Source of the DNA: an uncultured Rhizobium sp.
GTDB lineage: Bacteria > Pseudomonadota > Alphaproteobacteria > Micropepsales > Micropepsaceae
Length of the DNA: 64,000 nucleotides
NCBI GenBank assembly: GCA_964343955.1
Contig: CAYFKU010000006.1
Location: 6,016 to 70,015 of the forward strand
Reading direction: 5' to 3'
Positions 60,128 to 64,000 of this stretch are shown here, piece by piece. Both the position numbers and the translations under genes were made by a program. Below the pieces are notes generated by a model, which ran no database searches, was not told where the DNA came from, and saw only the letters and a list, made by a program, of their open reading frames with translations. Numbering within the stretch: position 1 is the first letter of the stretch; the number at the start of each line of letters is the position of its first letter.

Positions 60128-63100
60128 ATGGCCACGCAGCCGATCTTCTTCGATGCCTCCGGACGCCGGGCCGCGCGGATCAAGGTTGTGGCCTGGGTGG
60201 TGAGCATTGCCGCCCTGGTCATATTCGTCGGCTTTGTCACCAGCCTGGTCCTGTCGCCGCCCGTTGCCGGCCTGAACCTGCCGGGCAGCCGGACGCTTAC
60301 GGCGCCCAACCTGGTCAAGCGGGCGCAGAAGCCCGGACTGCTGCCCCGCGCCGAACGGCTGGCGGCCGCGGCAAGGCTGCGCCGCCTGGAAGACATCGCC
60401 AAGCAGCGCCATGCCCAGGGCACGCTGCCCAGCCGGGTCCTGCCGGCAATCCTGAAACCGCAAGACGGCCGGCCGCTGGCGATCGGCTTCTACACCAACT
60501 GGGGCGGCAAGAACGATCCAAGCTGGCCGTCGCTGCGCCGTTCTCTGAAGACGCTGGACTGGGTGATACCGGTCTGGGCCACGCTGGACGGGCCCGACAT
60601 GAAATTCCGGACCTGGATCGACAAGCGCGGCCTGGATTTCATGCGCGCCAACAAGCCCGGCATCGCCATCCTGCCCATCGTGCAGAACGCCAGCGCGGGC
60701 GAATGGGATGGCGAGGGGCTGGCCAAGCTTCTGGCCGACCGCGCCCGCAGCGATCAGCTTCTGGATCAGATCGTCGGCTTTGTCGCCGCCAACAAGTTCC
60801 AGGGCATCACCATCGATTTCGAGGATGTGCCGGCGAGCGCCCACAAGGATCTGGAAGACTTTCTCAGCCGACTGTCGGCCGCCTTCGCGCCCCATGACTG
60901 GATCATCACCCAGTCGGTGCCCTTTGACGATGAATCCTGGCCTTACCGCACCTATGCCGACATCGTCGATTACACGATCCTGATGGCCTACGACCAGTTC
61001 GAGGACAAGAGCGGCCCCGGCCCGGTCGCGGGCCAGGGCTGGTTCGAGCGCATTCTCGACAACCGCATGAAGCAGCTCTCGGCGGATTCCACCGTCATCG
61101 CAATCGGCTCTTATGGCTATGACTGGGTGAAGGGCGGCCAGACCAAGGCGGACAGTTTCGAGGATGCGATGACCGCGGCGCGGGACAATGGCGCCACGGT
61201 GCTGTTCGATCCCGCTTCCAACAATCCGCATTTCAGCTATCAGGACACCGACGGAACCCATCATGTCTGGTTTCTGGATGGCGTCACCGCCTTCAACCAG
61301 ATTCACACCGCCGATCCCTATCGTCCGGCGGGCTATGCCCTGTGGAAGCTGGGATTCGAGGACCCGTCGGTTATTCCCCTTTTGGGCAGGCCTTACGGCA
61401 CGCCCGCCCCGGACAGCCTGAAACGCATCGCCAACAATCTGGAGAATGTCGATTATGACGGCCAGGGCGAATTCCTGCGGGTGGAAGGCGATCCGGCGCT
61501 GGGCGCGCGCAGCCTGACCATCGAACAGGCGACCGGCGATATCATCGACGAAAATTACGACAGCCTTCCCACCAGCTACATCATCCGGCGGGGCGGCCGG
61601 GTGCCGGGCAAGCTGGCGATAACCTTTGACGACGGTCCCGATCCCGCCTGGACGCCGGAGATCCTGCGCATATTAAGGGAAAAGCACGTTCCCGCCGCCT
61701 TCTTCACCATCGGCGCGAACATGGAAGCGCATCCCGGCCTGACCTTGCAGATCGTCAAGGAAGGCCATGAGGTGGGCAACCACACCTTTACCCATCCCAA
61801 TCTGGCGGAAACCTCGCTGGCGGCGACCAGGCTGGAACTGAACGCCAGCCAGCGCCTGTTCCAGGCTCTGACCGGACGCTCGCTGATGCTGTTCCGCTCG
61901 CCCTATCTCAGCGACTCCAATCCGTCCGATGCCGAGGAGATCGAGCCGATCAAGCAGGCCCAGGCGCTGGGCTATATCGAGGTTACCTCCAATCTCGACA
62001 CGCTGGACTGGCAGGCCGAGACGGTGCCTGAGATGATGGGCAATGTGTACAAGGCGCTGAACCACCCCAATCCCGATCTGCGCGGCAACATCATCCTGAT
62101 GCATGACTCGGGCGGGGACCGCAGCAAGACGTTGCTGCTGCTGCCGCAACTGATCGATTCCCTGCGCGCCAAGGGGTATCAGTTCGTGCCGCTGTCGGAG
62201 CTGGTGGGAAAGACCCGCGACGAGGTGATGCCGAAGCTGCCTCTGACCATGTCGCTTTATGCCGACCGGGCCGTGTTCCTTGCCATCAGCCATGTCGGCC
62301 AGTTCCTTTATTACTGTTTCATCGGCGCGATCGTGCTGGGCCTGGCGCGGCTGTTCGCGCTGGCAGGCCTTGCGCTCTGGAAACGCATCCGCGGGCCGGG
62401 GACCCCGGCAGAGTCCGACGGCCCAAAGCCCGTCGTGACCGTGCTGATCCCCGCCTTCAATGAAGAGAAGGTGATCGTCACCACCATCGAGCGCATCCTG
62501 TCCAGCGACTATCCCAACCTGGACGTGCTGGTGATCGACGATGGCTCCAAGGATCACACCGCCTATATCGCCCGGTCACATTTCCGGGATGAGCGGCGTG
62601 TCAGCGTCCTCAGTATTCCCAATGGCGGCAAGGCCAATGCGCTGAATGTCGGCATGGAGCATGCCAAGGGCGAAGTGGTGGTGGCGCTGGATGCCGACAC
62701 GCAGTTCGAGCGCACCACCATTTCCCGGCTGGTGCGCTGGTTCGGCGACCCGGAGATCGGCGCCGTGGCGGGCAATGCCAAGGTCGGCAATCGCATCAAC
62801 ATGATCACCCGCTGGCAGGCGCTGGAATATATCGTGGCGCAAAATCTGGAGCGCCGGGCACTGTCGGCGCTGGATACGCTGACCGTGGTGCCGGGCGCGG
62901 TGGGCGCCTGGCGGCGCGATGTGCTGCGCGAGCTTGGCGGTTTTCCCGCCGATACGCTGGCGGAAGACCAGGACCTGACCATCGCCATCCAGACCCAGGG
63001 CTATCGGGTGCAGTTCGATCCCAGCGCCGTCGCCTGGACCGAGGCGCCCGCCACGGTGAAGGGCCTGGCCAAGCAGCGTTTCCGCTGGGCCTATGGCACC

Positions 63101-63544
63101 CTGCAATGCCTGTGGAAGTATCGCCGCATCACCTTCAATGCCCAGTATGGCGAATTGGGGCTGGTGGCGCTGCCGCAGGTCTGGTTGTTCCAGATTCTGC
63201 TCACCACCCTGGCGCCGGTCGCCGACCTGCTGCTGCTCTGGCAGCTCATCGCCGAATATATCAACTATACCCAGCATGTCGGCACCTATACGGGCGACAA
63301 TCTGCGGATCGTCGGCATCTATTATGCGATCTTCATCGTGGTCGATATTCTGGCGGCCATGGTCGGCTTCGTGATGGAAAAGGGCGAGGACTGGCGGCTG
63401 CTCTGGTGGTTGCCGCTGCAGCGCTTCGGCTATCGCCAGATCATGTATTATGTGGTGGTGCGCTCCCTCTGGACGGCATTGCGCGGGCCTTTTGTCGGCT
63501 GGGGCAAGCTGGAACGCCACGGCACGGTGCGCGCGCGCGCCTAG
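60128..63544 (+). CDS. Fused GH18-like hydrolase + CE4 polysaccharide deacetylase + processive GT2 synthase
   Basis: N-terminal TM; GITIDFE (GH18-like); TFDDGP, HTFTH, FRSPY, LMHDSGG (NodB motifs); DDGS, DAD, AEDQD, QRFRW (D,D,D,QxxRW); C-terminal TMs. Confidence 0.9.
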   Translation: MATQPIFFDASGRRAARIKVVAWVVSIAALVIFVGFVTSLVLSPPVAGLNLPGSRTLTAPNLVKRAQKPGLLPRAERLAAAARLRRLEDIAKQRHAQGTLPSRVLPAILKPQDGRPLAIGFYTNWGGKNDPSWPSLRRSLKTLDWVIPVWATLDGPDMKFRTWIDKRGLDFMRANKPGIAILPIVQNASAGEWDGEGLAKLLADRARSDQLLDQIVGFVAANKFQGITIDFEDVPASAHKDLEDFLSRLSAAFAPHDWIITQSVPFDDESWPYRTYADIVDYTILMAYDQFEDKSGPGPVAGQGWFERILDNRMKQLSADSTVIAIGSYGYDWVKGGQTKADSFEDAMTAARDNGATVLFDPASNNPHFSYQDTDGTHHVWFLDGVTAFNQIHTADPYRPAGYALWKLGFEDPSVIPLLGRPYGTPAPDSLKRIANNLENVDYDGQGEFLRVEGDPALGARSLTIEQATGDIIDENYDSLPTSYIIRRGGRVPGKLAITFDDGPDPAWTPEILRILREKHVPAAFFTIGANMEAHPGLTLQIVKEGHEVGNHTFTHPNLAETSLAATRLELNASQRLFQALTGRSLMLFRSPYLSDSNPSDAEEIEPIKQAQALGYIEVTSNLDTLDWQAETVPEMMGNVYKALNHPNPDLRGNIILMHDSGGDRSKTLLLLPQLIDSLRAKGYQFVPLSELVGKTRDEVMPKLPLTMSLYADRAVFLAISHVGQFLYYCFIGAIVLGLARLFALAGLALWKRIRGPGTPAESDGPKPVVTVLIPAFNEEKVIVTTIERILSSDYPNLDVLVIDDGSKDHTAYIARSHFRDERRVSVLSIPNGGKANALNVGMEHAKGEVVVALDADTQFERTTISRLVRWFGDPEIGAVAGNAKVGNRINMITRWQALEYIVAQNLERRALSALDTLTVVPGAVGAWRRDVLRELGGFPADTLAEDQDLTIAIQTQGYRVQFDPSAVAWTEAPATVKGLAKQRFRWAYGTLQCLWKYRRITFNAQYGELGLVALPQVWLFQILLTTLAPVADLLLLWQLIAEYINYTQHVGTYTGDNLRIVGIYYAIFIVVDILAAMVGFVMEKGEDWRLLWWLPLQRFGYRQIMYYVVVRSLWTALRGPFVGWGKLERHGTVRARA

Positions 63545-63750
63545 TGAAAATCCCTGGATGGGGGAAGGATGCGCACCTGCCTGGGGTGACGCTGCGCCGG
63601 CCGGGAGTTCGGCAGGTCCTGGCTCGCCAGAAGGCGCAGATCCGAGCTGCGGTCGATCAGCCGCTCGGCCATCAGATGCACGATGCCTTCCGGGCTTCTC
63701 TGCACCTTGCCTTCGGCCAGGAGCAGGCGTGAACCCATGATCTCCTTGCG
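63541..63750 (-). pseudogene. dnaE2: C-terminal remnant (about 69 codons) of error-prone DNA polymerase III alpha
   Basis: RKEIMGSRLLLAEGKVQR...IVHLMAERLIDRS...SRDFH*; SRDFH is the DnaE2 terminal signature. Confidence 0.88.
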
Positions 63751-63929
63751 GCAAAGCCGCCGCCGCTCCATCCCTGGGCCAAAACTTCATGCAGGGCGCC
63801 GGCCCGCAGCCCCCCTCCCAGCAGGGTATCGACCGCTAGCGCCCCCAAAGGGATGGGCGCCCGATCGGCAGGCAAGCCATATCGCGCCATAAAATGGCGC
63901 AATTTCGCCAGTTTTGCACTTTTGTTCAT
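63751..63929 (-). pseudogene. imuA: N-terminal remnant (about 60 codons) of ImuA
   Basis: IPLG...VDTLLGGGLRAGALHEV...GFA RecA-like ImuA start; joined out of frame to the dnaE2 tail. Confidence 0.8.
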
Positions 63930-63938
63930 GATACGTTC
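63924..63938. promoter_or_regulatory. Alphaproteobacterial LexA (SOS) box
   Basis: Perfect GTTC-ATGATAC-GTTC overlapping the imuA start codon. Confidence 0.88.
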
Positions 63939-64000
63939 TATAATGCTTGAAGGCCGAAAAGAGTCAATCGCCCGGATGCGTAAGTTCCTGTTTGTGAATC

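Noticed and set aside
1-64000. Many long alternative-frame and antisense ORFs in the track (e.g. 2867-3883 -, 7358-8797 +, 16463-18355 +, 18566-20821 +, 38809-40797 +, 44611-46299 -, 50517-52178 -, 57611-59500 +)
   Set aside because: They are shadows of recognisable genes, expected at high GC where stop codons are scarce; none shows a family motif

Overview
GC-rich alphaproteobacterial chromosomal window. Evidence for the class: an alphaproteobacterial LexA box GTTC-N7-GTTC, a Caulobacter-type short flagellin with a sigma54 promoter, and ffs upstream of dnaX; the lower taxon cannot be determined here. It is densely coding. The left ~25 kb is mostly core genes: kdsB, pheA, nudC, SRP RNA, dnaX, recR, rmuC, def-fmt-truA, dapD-dapE-murI, argB, rpmH-rnpA-yidD-yidC-engB, ggt, tRNA-Arg(ACG). 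The right ~39 kb is more accessory and metabolic: a lone flagellin; a secreted serine hydrolase beside an M81 peptidase / peptide ABC / M81 peptidase operon; DUF47-PiT-Nudix; an all-exported operon (cytochrome c-PQQ dehydrogenase, CHRD, cupin); dcp; a histidine-kinase remnant with a receiver protein; dgoK-dgoA with a Tat-signal DgoD-like dehydratase, a secreted amidohydrolase and an ACS-family MFS; leuD-leuB; glcB with a lactate/glycolate permease; a single-polypeptide GH18-CE4-GT2 polysaccharide synthase; and, at the right end, an imuA-imuB-dnaE2 SOS cassette collapsed by an internal deletion that still carries its LexA box. No rRNA, CRISPR array, transposase or integrase was recognised. The best novelty candidates are the possible periplasmic sugar-acid dehydration route, the divergent PQQ/heme c operon, a ~210-nt structured RNA candidate at 50.43-50.65 kb and the mlr-like peptide catabolism cluster. 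All family assignments come from motifs I recognised by eye, not from database searches.
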